A model generated the notes under the pieces. It did not search any database. It saw nothing but the letters and a program-made list of their open reading frames with translations, and was not told the origin of the DNA. A DNA stretch of 64,000 nt from a virus. Its lineage: Duplodnaviria; Heunggongvirae; Uroviricota; Caudoviricetes. The stretch is from IMG/VR virus record IMGVR_UViG_3300042870_001966; one strand, written 5' to 3'. How positions within the stretch are numbered: the first letter of the stretch is position 1; each line of letters starts with the position of its first letter. Below, in pieces: positions 55,609-64,000 of the stretch. The translations under genes and the position numbers were made by a program.

Positions 55609-56512
55609 GCCAATCTTCTAATTTAATTAACGGGTTCCAATCAAGATACGATTTAGCGGCAGTGACGTCAGCTAAACTAATCTTCGGCTCTAATCTAAAA
55701 CCTACATTTACCGTTTTTCCGCCAACCATTTCAGCGATTTGATTTACGCTGATATTTTCTCCACTTCCTATATTAATAATTCGGTGATACTTATCTGAAG
55801 CGTTAGCGAGCGCATTGTATGCTGGTGAGTGTAATGCAGCAATATTTGCTCTAACTACATCTGATACGTGAATAAAATCTCTTCGCTGTTCTCCGTCATT
55901 TGTGATTGGTAAAGGTTTGCCAGCCTTAGCTTTTTCTAAAAATATTGGAATGACTGAGCGGTATGAACTGTCAGGATTTGAATTTGGACCGTAAACATTG
56001 AAATATCTAAGGCACGTCGTTTTTATTCTGTAAATTGAAGAATATAATTTGCAATAATTTTCCCCAATCTGTTTAGTTAACGCATAGGTTGAAATTGGAT
56101 CAAGCGGTACAGATTCATTAGTTGGAAATAACTCAGTGTTTCCGTATACTGCACTAGTTGAGCTAAACACTAATTCCGATACACCAGCGATTCGACACGC
56201 TTCAAGCACGTTTGAGGTTCCTATTACATTTACTAAATTATATAGAGTAGGTGATTCTAATGACTCCTGGACAGAAGTTAATGCGGCTAAATGGAATACG
56301 CATTCTGAACCTTTAATGATGGCGGCGATCTTCTTGGGATCCCCTGTAATATCGTAGACTCTTAGGTCAATCGCTAAGTTTTTAATGTTGCTTTTCTTAC
56401 CGGTCGATAGATTATCGATTACGGTTACTCGGAACCCTTGCTCTACGAGTGATTTAACAAGGTGAGATCCGATAAATCCGGCCCCACCTATTACTGTTAC
56501 TTTACGATTCAT
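55589..56512 (-). CDS. NAD-dependent epimerase/dehydratase (GalE-like)
   Basis: GGAGFIGSHL Rossmann motif. YALTK catalytic YxxxK. Confidence 0.8.
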   Translation of the reverse strand: MNRKVTVIGGAGFIGSHLVKSLVEQGFRVTVIDNLSTGKKSNIKNLAIDLRVYDITGDPKKIAAIIKGSECVFHLAALTSVQESLESPTLYNLVNVIGTSNVLEACRIAGVSELVFSSTSAVYGNTELFPTNESVPLDPISTYALTKQIGENYCKLYSSIYRIKTTCLRYFNVYGPNSNPDSSYRSVIPIFLEKAKAGKPLPITNDGEQRRDFIHVSDVVRANIAALHSPAYNALANASDKYHRIINIGSGENISVNQIAEMVGGKTVNVGFRLEPKISLADVTAAKSYLDWNPLIKLEDWLKGQTL

Positions 56513-56524
56513 GTATACCTAAAA

Positions 56525-58207
56525 TTAAAGTTGTCCTGGTGTTCCTACTTCAGATGAGGTTTCTCCACCAGCCGGTTCTTCTCCAGCTGGGGCAGCAGGC
56601 GCTCCACCAGCAGCAGCGGCTCCACCAGCAGCGGCGCCACCGTCAGCTTTAGCATCATTGTCTTGAGTTGCTTGGTAGCTTCGGTTTTTAGCAATATCCT
56701 CGTCACTTAATTTCAAGTATTCTTTAATTAAGTATTCGGTTGAGAAGTAAGGTTTAGCATCATCATTCACTACCGCTTTCATTGCATTAAGGGTAGCAAG
56801 ACGTTTATTAAGTAATTCCTGAGTTTTAATCTCCTCGAATACATTATCATTGTGCCATAGCATACCTACTGCATTTGAGAAACGGTGATCCGTTTTTAAA
56901 TCCTTAATATCTAAGCACATTTGCAAATACAGAGGTTTGGTGATTAACTCTTTGAAGGCTGATCTTAATCTCTTGATGAATTTATTGTAGCGAATCTCCT
57001 CTCTTGAAATACCTTCCGCATTCATAGTGTATGCACCTTGACCTTCTGACCAACGTGAATATGGAAGTTTAGAGTCAAGCTTTAGTTTATCTTGAAAGTA
57101 TTTTAATAATTCAGAGCCTGATAAATTTGGGCCTGGATATTCAAGTGCTTCAATATCGATTTTCTCGCCTCTATCGTTTACTGGAAGAACGTAGTTTTTA
57201 TAGAAAAGAATATTAGGTTTTCCATCAACCATTAATTCTCCAGAGCTACCATCGAATGTTATATCTTCTTTTAAGGTATTGGTAAACTCACGAACATCTT
57301 CTTTGGCTTTTTGCATTGATTTTGTTCCAACTGGTACGCTTGTTTTTAAACGAATTGGCGCATTCATTGTATGCCAAATAATCTTAGAGTGTTCAATTAA
57401 ACGAAGTAGGTTAAATGAACGAAGTAGTCTCTCTACGAAACTAACTCGCTTGGTTCTAAATTCATTTGAATATGAAATGTAGATAATTTGTGAATCAGTT
57501 AAGGTACGATTCATCTTATTAATGGGATCACGTTGAGACCATTGCAGATAAATTTTTCCGCCTGAATCTTTTTTTACTTCAGGATAAAGAGTAGATGGAT
57601 CTAATTCCTTAAATCCAATAATATCTTTTGGATTTGAGATATTGTCGTAAATGATTTCAAATGCCAAGTGACCTTCAATTAACCATTGGTAAAAGTACTG
57701 CCATGCTGAAATTCCTCTGTCGAAACTCCATGCACTATAGATCTTTGCAAAATTTTCTTGGTACTTCTCAATTACTTTTTCTTGATAGTTAAGACGTTGG
57801 TCTTTATTCTTTCCTCGGTAATTAATTTCTCCAACTAGGTCATTTGGATAACAGAATCGATTATCTTCATCGTATACAATTGCATCATCTGCAATAGTTT
57901 CAATAACGAATTCAATTTCGCCATTTGATGCAAGATCCCTAAGTCTCTCTCTTTTCTGAACATAGTCTAATTGAAAGAACGCGATTGACTTGTTCTTTAA
58001 TGAGGATGTCGTATCGGATAGAGCAAGAGTAGCCTTCATCAGATCATCTCCCATTGCGTTGTTGAAACCCGTTAACTGACCTTCAATGTAACCTATCGCT
58101 TGTGAGTTCTTCACAAGAAGGTCATCGTATTTCATACCAAATCGACTTAGTGCGGTTAAGCTTGATCTAAGCCCTTTCATTGGGTTACTGTCTAAAAATC
58201 CTGCCAT
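56525..58207 (-). CDS. portal vertex protein (T4 gp20-like)
   Basis: DDAIVYDED resembles T4 gp20 SDAIVYEDD. Size about 560 aa. Confidence 0.65.
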   Translation of the reverse strand: MAGFLDSNPMKGLRSSLTALSRFGMKYDDLLVKNSQAIGYIEGQLTGFNNAMGDDLMKATLALSDTTSSLKNKSIAFFQLDYVQKRERLRDLASNGEIEFVIETIADDAIVYDEDNRFCYPNDLVGEINYRGKNKDQRLNYQEKVIEKYQENFAKIYSAWSFDRGISAWQYFYQWLIEGHLAFEIIYDNISNPKDIIGFKELDPSTLYPEVKKDSGGKIYLQWSQRDPINKMNRTLTDSQIIYISYSNEFRTKRVSFVERLLRSFNLLRLIEHSKIIWHTMNAPIRLKTSVPVGTKSMQKAKEDVREFTNTLKEDITFDGSSGELMVDGKPNILFYKNYVLPVNDRGEKIDIEALEYPGPNLSGSELLKYFQDKLKLDSKLPYSRWSEGQGAYTMNAEGISREEIRYNKFIKRLRSAFKELITKPLYLQMCLDIKDLKTDHRFSNAVGMLWHNDNVFEEIKTQELLNKRLATLNAMKAVVNDDAKPYFSTEYLIKEYLKLSDEDIAKNRSYQATQDNDAKADGGAAAGGAAAAGGAPAAPAGEEPAGGETSSEVGTPGQL

Positions 58208-58215
58208 TTAATTGT

Positions 58216-58881
58216 TTATTTTATTTCAAATAGAGAGAAACTTGATCTAGCCGATATTGTCCTGTCAGTTGAATAGTTCGCTAAGTGTAAGTTAGGAACA
58301 GTATCCCAGTCGATAAGGGTTAAGTTTCGCATCTTTTCTCTATTGTATTTATTCACCAGAAGATTGAATTTAATGTCCGGCATTCCAAGTAGGGTCTTTA
58401 TAAATGTCGTATCGACCGTAAAAAATGGAGCAACTGCTCGTTCCCTGATTCGTTTATTAAATTCCATTAGGTTGCCGTCTTCAAAACAGTTAGCTAATGG
58501 AGTACTCATTTTATTTAAGTATGTCCGAATAAACCGTTTTCTTAGAGGTTGGGACATTAATTTAACATTTAGGCCCAATCCATCAGGGCTTAATGCTAGA
58601 AATATGGGGCGGTTATCATAATACGGCTTCTTTACTCGATATTTTGCAGCAAGGGCCACATCTTTTACGGAAGGATATTTAAGTAATTCGTATTCGTCCC
58701 AAGTTGGAACCTGATCTGGCCCAATTGGTTCAAGTTCAGTATGAGTATAAAAATGACCAGGAATCAGAATAGTACGGTCTCCACCACGAGTCATATTTAT
58801 GAATACGTGATTTGGGTTTGGACTAAAGTCCGGGTCTGTTCCGTTTTGATAAAAGTCTTGTATAGTTTCTAATTGCGTCAT
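58216..58881 (-). CDS. hypothetical protein
   Basis: ORF only. Confidence 0.5.
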   Translation of the reverse strand: MTQLETIQDFYQNGTDPDFSPNPNHVFINMTRGGDRTILIPGHFYTHTELEPIGPDQVPTWDEYELLKYPSVKDVALAAKYRVKKPYYDNRPIFLALSPDGLGLNVKLMSQPLRKRFIRTYLNKMSTPLANCFEDGNLMEFNKRIRERAVAPFFTVDTTFIKTLLGMPDIKFNLLVNKYNREKMRNLTLIDWDTVPNLHLANYSTDRTISARSSFSLFEIK

Positions 58882-58890
58882 TTATATCTT

Positions 58891-59397
58891 TTATATTGAT
58901 TTGAACAGAAAGTTTTCGGTTATTATCCCAAATTTTAAACCTCTTACTGAAGCGAACTCTTTAGCTGCTTCAAATTTTGCCTGATTTACAATGTATTGCT
59001 TGGCTGCATATACATAACTTGCAGTTTGCTTGTCAGTCATTCTTGCTGGGGCAGTAGGTGGTTTGGTATACTTGTCAGGCTTTACCTCAATTAACCAAGA
59101 CTGCTCCTTTCCTGAGCTATCTTTGGTTACGATATAAAAATCAACATAATATGTGTGTCCGCGTTTATCAAGAGGAGAATAGTAAGGAATTCCTACTGGT
59201 TCGCTTGAGTATTTAATAACAGTCGGGCTGTGATCACACCATTTTAGGAATTTGAATTCCCAGCTTGATCTGAATATTATTTGCGAAGTATCGCCAACGT
59301 ACTTCTCAGGGAACGCTGGTTTAAAGTATCCCTGACGGATTGTTCCAGCTCGCGGTTTTAAGAAAGTCTTGATGCTCTTCTGCTCTTTCGGTTTCAT
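58891..59397 (-). CDS. PD-(D/E)xK nuclease-like protein
   Basis: YVDFYI...LIEVKP pattern. Confidence 0.4.
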   Translation of the reverse strand: MKPKEQKSIKTFLKPRAGTIRQGYFKPAFPEKYVGDTSQIIFRSSWEFKFLKWCDHSPTVIKYSSEPVGIPYYSPLDKRGHTYYVDFYIVTKDSSGKEQSWLIEVKPDKYTKPPTAPARMTDKQTASYVYAAKQYIVNQAKFEAAKEFASVRGLKFGIITENFLFKSI

Positions 59398-59405
59398 ATA
59401 GTTAT

Positions 59406-60530
59406 TTATAGGTACGCCATGTCAAACACGGAATCGCTAAAATAACTATTGATCCATTCATTAAAGCTTTCAATTGAAGTATTTGAATTTCTGTCATGCA
59501 TGTAACAGAAAAGGTCATTAATATCTTTGACTTTTTGTAGAGCCATCATATCTTCAGTAGAACTAAATTTTCTCTTTAGGTCACCGATTGCTTTATTCCA
59601 CAAAAACACAGAGTATCCTTGCTGGATAAAATTCATCATTTGAGTCTTGCCTGCCTTATCTCGGTCAAATATAACTTGAGTAGCACCCTTTGACCCTAGA
59701 TTAGAGAAAATACTTCTGGCTTTAGATGCACCAGAGGTTGCAATCGCGTTAGTTATGAACATTGAATCGAATTGACCCTCAGTCATTCTGATTGGCTTGC
59801 TGAAGTCAACGTTCAAGATATTGAAGTAGTTATTAAGAAAGTTCGCATCTTCCACCAGATCCTTCGAGAGTCCTATCTGAGAGAAGATATGAATAATATC
59901 GGAATATGACTTGATTATGTACTTACGTTCGGAATTTGGATCGAGACTTCTAATTGAGAATCCTAGTATTTTACCGGATCTTCTATCGAAATTAAAAATA
60001 TAGACTTTATTATCGGATGAATCAGTATAGAGACAATCTCCGAAATCTTCAATTAAGTTGATCGCTCGGCCCTTTATGTACTGATACGCTCTAGATTCTT
60101 CTGAAACCATATCAAGTCTCTTTAACGAGAACCTATTGATTACTTCAGTTATTGTAACAAGACTTGATGTATCGGATGTTAAGAATCTAATTAATTGATT
60201 CTCTGTCTTTTTGGGTTTTGCAACTGGTGAGTATTCTGTATCTAGGATAAAGCTTGGAAGCATGATTCCATGTTCCTTACTCATTCTGGCAACAAATTCT
60301 CCCATGGTCATATATGCCATACAACCATCATTAAAACATTTATAAGCCCCAGTATCTAAATAGAGGTTACCACGCTTCTTTGAAACCTTCTTGTCCGAGT
60401 CTCCGCAAATTGGACACGCGAAATTTAGCTTACGGCCAGTCTCTCCATCAATTTTTTGTTTCTCAGGAACATCGTGGAATCTCTTACGTAATAAGGTTTC
60501 AATGAATGCGGTTATTTCCTCAATTCTCAT
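59406..60530 (-). CDS. DNA primase (zinc-ribbon plus TOPRIM; gp61/DnaG-like)
   Basis: CPICGDS...C..C zinc ribbon. FDRDKAG DxD motif. Confidence 0.6.
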   Translation of the reverse strand: MRIEEITAFIETLLRKRFHDVPEKQKIDGETGRKLNFACPICGDSDKKVSKKRGNLYLDTGAYKCFNDGCMAYMTMGEFVARMSKEHGIMLPSFILDTEYSPVAKPKKTENQLIRFLTSDTSSLVTITEVINRFSLKRLDMVSEESRAYQYIKGRAINLIEDFGDCLYTDSSDNKVYIFNFDRRSGKILGFSIRSLDPNSERKYIIKSYSDIIHIFSQIGLSKDLVEDANFLNNYFNILNVDFSKPIRMTEGQFDSMFITNAIATSGASKARSIFSNLGSKGATQVIFDRDKAGKTQMMNFIQQGYSVFLWNKAIGDLKRKFSSTEDMMALQKVKDINDLFCYMHDRNSNTSIESFNEWINSYFSDSVFDMAYL

Positions 60531-62145
60531 CAGTTATAGTTACCTTCTTTACAGGTTTTGGTTTAGTTGCGTTTTTGTAAGCTTTGTCAAGATCGTATCC
60601 CATTTTGTAGTAATCCTTTCCGGTTTTAACAGCTTTTTCGTACTTGTCAGTTTGCAACCATGAACCACCAGACGGAGTATTGATTATTTCGCTCCAGCCA
60701 TTCGATCTTAAGTATTCTTGCATCACTTCAACTGGAATTGCAAATGGATCTTCTACTTCAATTCCTAATTTCTTTGCTACTCGATCGCGATACTTAGTAA
60801 GTTCGTGTTTTGGAACGATTACTGTATTTAGGCCAAATTTAGAAATTGCTGAAATGTAAACTGGGAATAAATTCGCAGGTACCGGCTTGTCTGGATTACC
60901 AATGTATTCTTGGCAGCTTTCCGGAATTTCAGAATAGGCTAGAGTTTTTGAGTCAACTGCATACAGTGGGAAAGTTTCTTCGTTTGTGAATTCTTTGCTA
61001 CGGCTTCTTGATTTAACAAGTTCAACTTTACGAACAAGGGCTGAAGTTAATTCCGGATAACCCATTGCAACTAATAATTTATTAATTGGCTCAATGATTA
61101 ATCGGAAGAACTGTTGATCTCTATCCATAGGCACTGCGAATTCTTCTGGATAAGAGCCTGGAGCGTACGCAAAAATATCAAATTCATACTCATTCGGCGA
61201 AGCATAGTAAAATTTAATCTTTGAACCGCTTCGTATCAATGCATACTTTTGATTTTTGGTTTTCTTTATCACGTGATTGTGATATGCAGCAGCTCTACCG
61301 TAAATCGGCATTCCTTTCTCCATTACTAATGGATTTAGGCTCTTTAGGTAATCTTCGTAAACTCGAACTGAGAAGTTAAAAGCAATCTCATCGACCGTTA
61401 GCGAATTACACTCGTCTTTTAGAGCCTGTAATTTCGGAATCAAGTCTTCTTCAAGATCCAAGTTATACCCGATTCCTAAAAGATATGAATACAGCTTTTG
61501 TAAGTGCTGTCTTGCCCAAATTGGATAGGAAGCTTGAATTGCTTCAAGACCCTTAATGATTAATGATTCTTTATCAAGTAGTCGTTCGTGCTTATTATCT
61601 TTATATGATACGCTTAAGATGTATTTCTTCTTAGCGAGCCAGATTCCTGAACTAGAAAGATTTTCAAGCTCAAAATTTTGGCGATTGTCTGTGTTGAAAT
61701 GAACTGCGTATTTCTCAAAAGCTTGTTCAAAATAATCCTTTAATCGGTTTCGGTTAATTGCCAAACAGAACTCAAGAGACTCTTTATTATCTAAGTCTAA
61801 TCCTTCTACTGACTGAATTGCATAATCAAAACAGACATACACAGAGTCAGTATCTGTGTAAATTGCAGCTTCTTTTTCAATTTGAGAAACTTTTTTGTCT
61901 GAAATTCCTAAAATTTCATGAAGTTCAGTATCTAGGTGCCACTTGTGCTGAAAGTAGTGATTTACTGCCCGGATTGAGAATTTAATTAAATCTTGACCTT
62001 GTAGAGTAATAGATTTAGCTATTTCGTTATTATGAAAATAGAAATATCGGTTACCGAAGGCACCATAGAATGAGTTAATTAAGATTTTAATTGCATTCTG
62101 CTTTAAATCTAGTGATTTAATTTGCTGTTCTAACTGTTTTGACAT
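60520..62145 (-). CDS. family-B DNA polymerase, C-terminal fragment (motifs B, C and thumb only)
   Basis: KILINSFYGAFG (motif B) 20 aa after Met. YTDTDSV (motif C). No exonuclease or motif A. Confidence 0.8.
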   Translation of the reverse strand: MSKQLEQQIKSLDLKQNAIKILINSFYGAFGNRYFYFHNNEIAKSITLQGQDLIKFSIRAVNHYFQHKWHLDTELHEILGISDKKVSQIEKEAAIYTDTDSVYVCFDYAIQSVEGLDLDNKESLEFCLAINRNRLKDYFEQAFEKYAVHFNTDNRQNFELENLSSSGIWLAKKKYILSVSYKDNKHERLLDKESLIIKGLEAIQASYPIWARQHLQKLYSYLLGIGYNLDLEEDLIPKLQALKDECNSLTVDEIAFNFSVRVYEDYLKSLNPLVMEKGMPIYGRAAAYHNHVIKKTKNQKYALIRSGSKIKFYYASPNEYEFDIFAYAPGSYPEEFAVPMDRDQQFFRLIIEPINKLLVAMGYPELTSALVRKVELVKSRSRSKEFTNEETFPLYAVDSKTLAYSEIPESCQEYIGNPDKPVPANLFPVYISAISKFGLNTVIVPKHELTKYRDRVAKKLGIEVEDPFAIPVEVMQEYLRSNGWSEIINTPSGGSWLQTDKYEKAVKTGKDYYKMGYDLDKAYKNATKPKPVKKVTITDEN

Positions 62146-62216
62146 ATACGAGTATTGTACTTGTGAATATTCATTTGGGTTTAATTTACCAAATAAATAA
62201 CTAAAAAGTTGAAAAC

Positions 62217-62819
62217 ATGGTAAACACTGATCGCTCTGTAATTAATAGAGCTTATCCATTTTTAAGCAATTTTCCATTTGATAAAGACTTTGATATTCAA
62301 ATATCAACTTCTCCAGTCGCTGCTGTGATGTTCGATGACGATTTTGAAACAAGCAGATCATCAACTCCGTATGTTATCAATTTTAGACACACCGGATCTC
62401 CAATCAACGCAAGTATCTCAATTGTAAAGGATGAACTTATTTGGATCGGTGAAATTGCTGAATCCATCACAAAACTTGACAGGATAGCTAAGCGAATTGA
62501 CCGAGGTATTAAAACCAAGGATCTTTTAGTAAAACGCGACATGTCTTTAGAAGCGGATGAATGGATGACTCTTGTTTCAGATCGCAAGAGCTCTCTTAGC
62601 CAGGAAACGTTTAACGAAGTGCTGGCAGGTCTAGTAGGAAATAGGTCAGTTAACCAAACTGTGACACTAATAAATAATTTGAATAAGCTTTACACTAAAA
62701 CTGGTCTGGTTAAATTATCAAAGGCAGAATGTGACGTGATTTTCACGTTTCTTCATTTTAGACTGATTTATGCAAAGCTAATACTTGGCATTGTAATTGC
62801 CTCAAAAATATCAATCTAA
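62217..62819 (+). CDS. hypothetical protein
   Basis: Divergent from polymerase fragment. Confidence 0.45.
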   Translation: MVNTDRSVINRAYPFLSNFPFDKDFDIQISTSPVAAVMFDDDFETSRSSTPYVINFRHTGSPINASISIVKDELIWIGEIAESITKLDRIAKRIDRGIKTKDLLVKRDMSLEADEWMTLVSDRKSSLSQETFNEVLAGLVGNRSVNQTVTLINNLNKLYTKTGLVKLSKAECDVIFTFLHFRLIYAKLILGIVIASKISI

Positions 62820-63092
62820 ATGGAACAATTGGATTCATTCATTGAGTATCTGTATACGGTAGAAGAGAACTTAACTCAACTAACGACAGATCAAGTAAAA
62901 AAGCTACAGTCAATTCAAACTAAAGTAAGTGAATTAGTTAATAAAATTCAAACGCCTCAACCGGCCCAGCCTCAAAGCCAACCCCAAGTTCAAGTACGAT
63001 CAATGGAATTACAGTTAGCTGAAAATAAGGTTCAAAGCTTCTCAAACTACATGGAGTTAAAAGAAACAACTAAAGCAAAGAATGCTAGGTAA
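62820..63092 (+). CDS. hypothetical protein
   Basis: ORF only. Confidence 0.4.
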   Translation: MEQLDSFIEYLYTVEENLTQLTTDQVKKLQSIQTKVSELVNKIQTPQPAQPQSQPQVQVRSMELQLAENKVQSFSNYMELKETTKAKNAR

Positions 63093-63882
63093 AAGACTCC
63101 ATACATTTTCACAATTTATTCTAGAAAGAGGTGATTGGAATTACGCAAATCACTATGCTCAATACCTAAATAAGTTCACAGAAGATTCTGTTATATTGGA
63201 TCTACTTAAAGACTTTGATAAACAGGTTAATGAATTGGAGGATACTTACTGGTATAATAGAGAAAGTCGAAATTTTAGAAACGACCATTATGCACTAGAC
63301 ATGAAAATCCACTCATACCCAGATGTACAGAAATGGGCAGCACTAAAAGGATATTCAGCTGAGGAAATTGAAGAAGATGAGTCGTCATTAGAATCAGCAA
63401 TGTGGGATCAGTGGGGTAGATTCATGGAAGAGACTTACGAAGTTAATTCAGAAGACTATATGAATACGTATGACTGGTTAACTAAAGTTGGAGTAGGGGG
63501 CCAAAGCGGAGGCTGGCTATTACTAGCAATGGAGGACAGTCATTCTGACTTGGAAAGAATTCTAGAAGATAAATTCGATATGTACTTAGAAGAAGTAGCA
63601 GACGCAAATGCTGGATCAATTCAGTTACTAAAACAAATCATTGAAAATCCAGAAGAGACTGCTGAGCTCATTGAGTTTGGAATAATTGATGAAGAGACTG
63701 CTGCTAAAGCAGAGGAGATTATTGAAGCTCGAGATGAAGTTGAAAACTGGTTACGTGAAAAACTGAATGAATTGTATCAAATAGAAAGGGATCTTGATGC
63801 AATTAAAGATGATATTAATAGATTTAGACAGACTGCATTAGCTGATTTTTACGTATGGACCTCTGATTCAGAAGACTATTAA
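63082..63882 (+). CDS. acidic protein with CTS-like N-terminus (..RLHTFSQFILE)
   Basis: Paralogous N-terminal motif. Confidence 0.5.
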   Translation: MLGKRLHTFSQFILERGDWNYANHYAQYLNKFTEDSVILDLLKDFDKQVNELEDTYWYNRESRNFRNDHYALDMKIHSYPDVQKWAALKGYSAEEIEEDESSLESAMWDQWGRFMEETYEVNSEDYMNTYDWLTKVGVGGQSGGWLLLAMEDSHSDLERILEDKFDMYLEEVADANAGSIQLLKQIIENPEETAELIEFGIIDEETAAKAEEIIEARDEVENWLREKLNELYQIERDLDAIKDDINRFRQTALADFYVWTSDSEDY

Positions 63883-64000
63883 TTAACGAATCTATTTAAG
63901 TCAAATTTGTGTTTTGACACAATGAATTTCTGACTCTTATAAATTTTCTCTCTAGCATGACCGTGCTTAACGATGTAGCCATTAAGATCGTCTATTAGAT

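Overview
The window is an AT-rich segment of a large lytic, T4-like (Tevenvirinae-type) phage genome. There is no integrase, no host housekeeping block and no CRISPR array. T4-like hallmarks are a gp20-type portal, a family-B DNA polymerase, a gp61/DnaG-like primase, a topoisomerase II GyrA-like subunit, and the T4 late-promoter motif TATAAATA. Host-adaptation signals point to a Bacteroidota host: a T9SS C-terminal sorting domain, AQ-type signal peptides and lipoprotein boxes. The window carries about 30 tRNA or tRNA-like genes in four clusters, covering all 20 amino acids. Several of these are non-canonical, and structured spacers lie between them. A distributed tRNA repair and maturation toolkit is present: an RNA ligase fused to a tRNA-binding OB domain, a CCA-adding nucleotidyltransferase plus a separate HD protein, a split Pnk-like kinase and HAD 3'-phosphatase, and a 2H phosphoesterase. 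The most unusual signal is a paralogous family of at least six acidic proteins whose N-termini (MKLKRFTQFVNE-like) mimic the T4 capsid-targeting sequence of injected internal proteins. One of them is the 2H phosphoesterase. The phage also encodes ClpP plus a ClpA/C-like ATPase, methylglyoxal synthase, a SET-domain methyltransferase, PRPP synthetase, a flotillin, a truncated SulP transporter and nucleotide-sugar enzymes. A minus-strand block of secreted or outer-membrane proteins lies next to the endolysin. A recurrent promoter-like motif (A/G)GTATAATAAC is also present. The family-B DNA polymerase is present only as a stand-alone C-terminal fragment, so it appears to be split.
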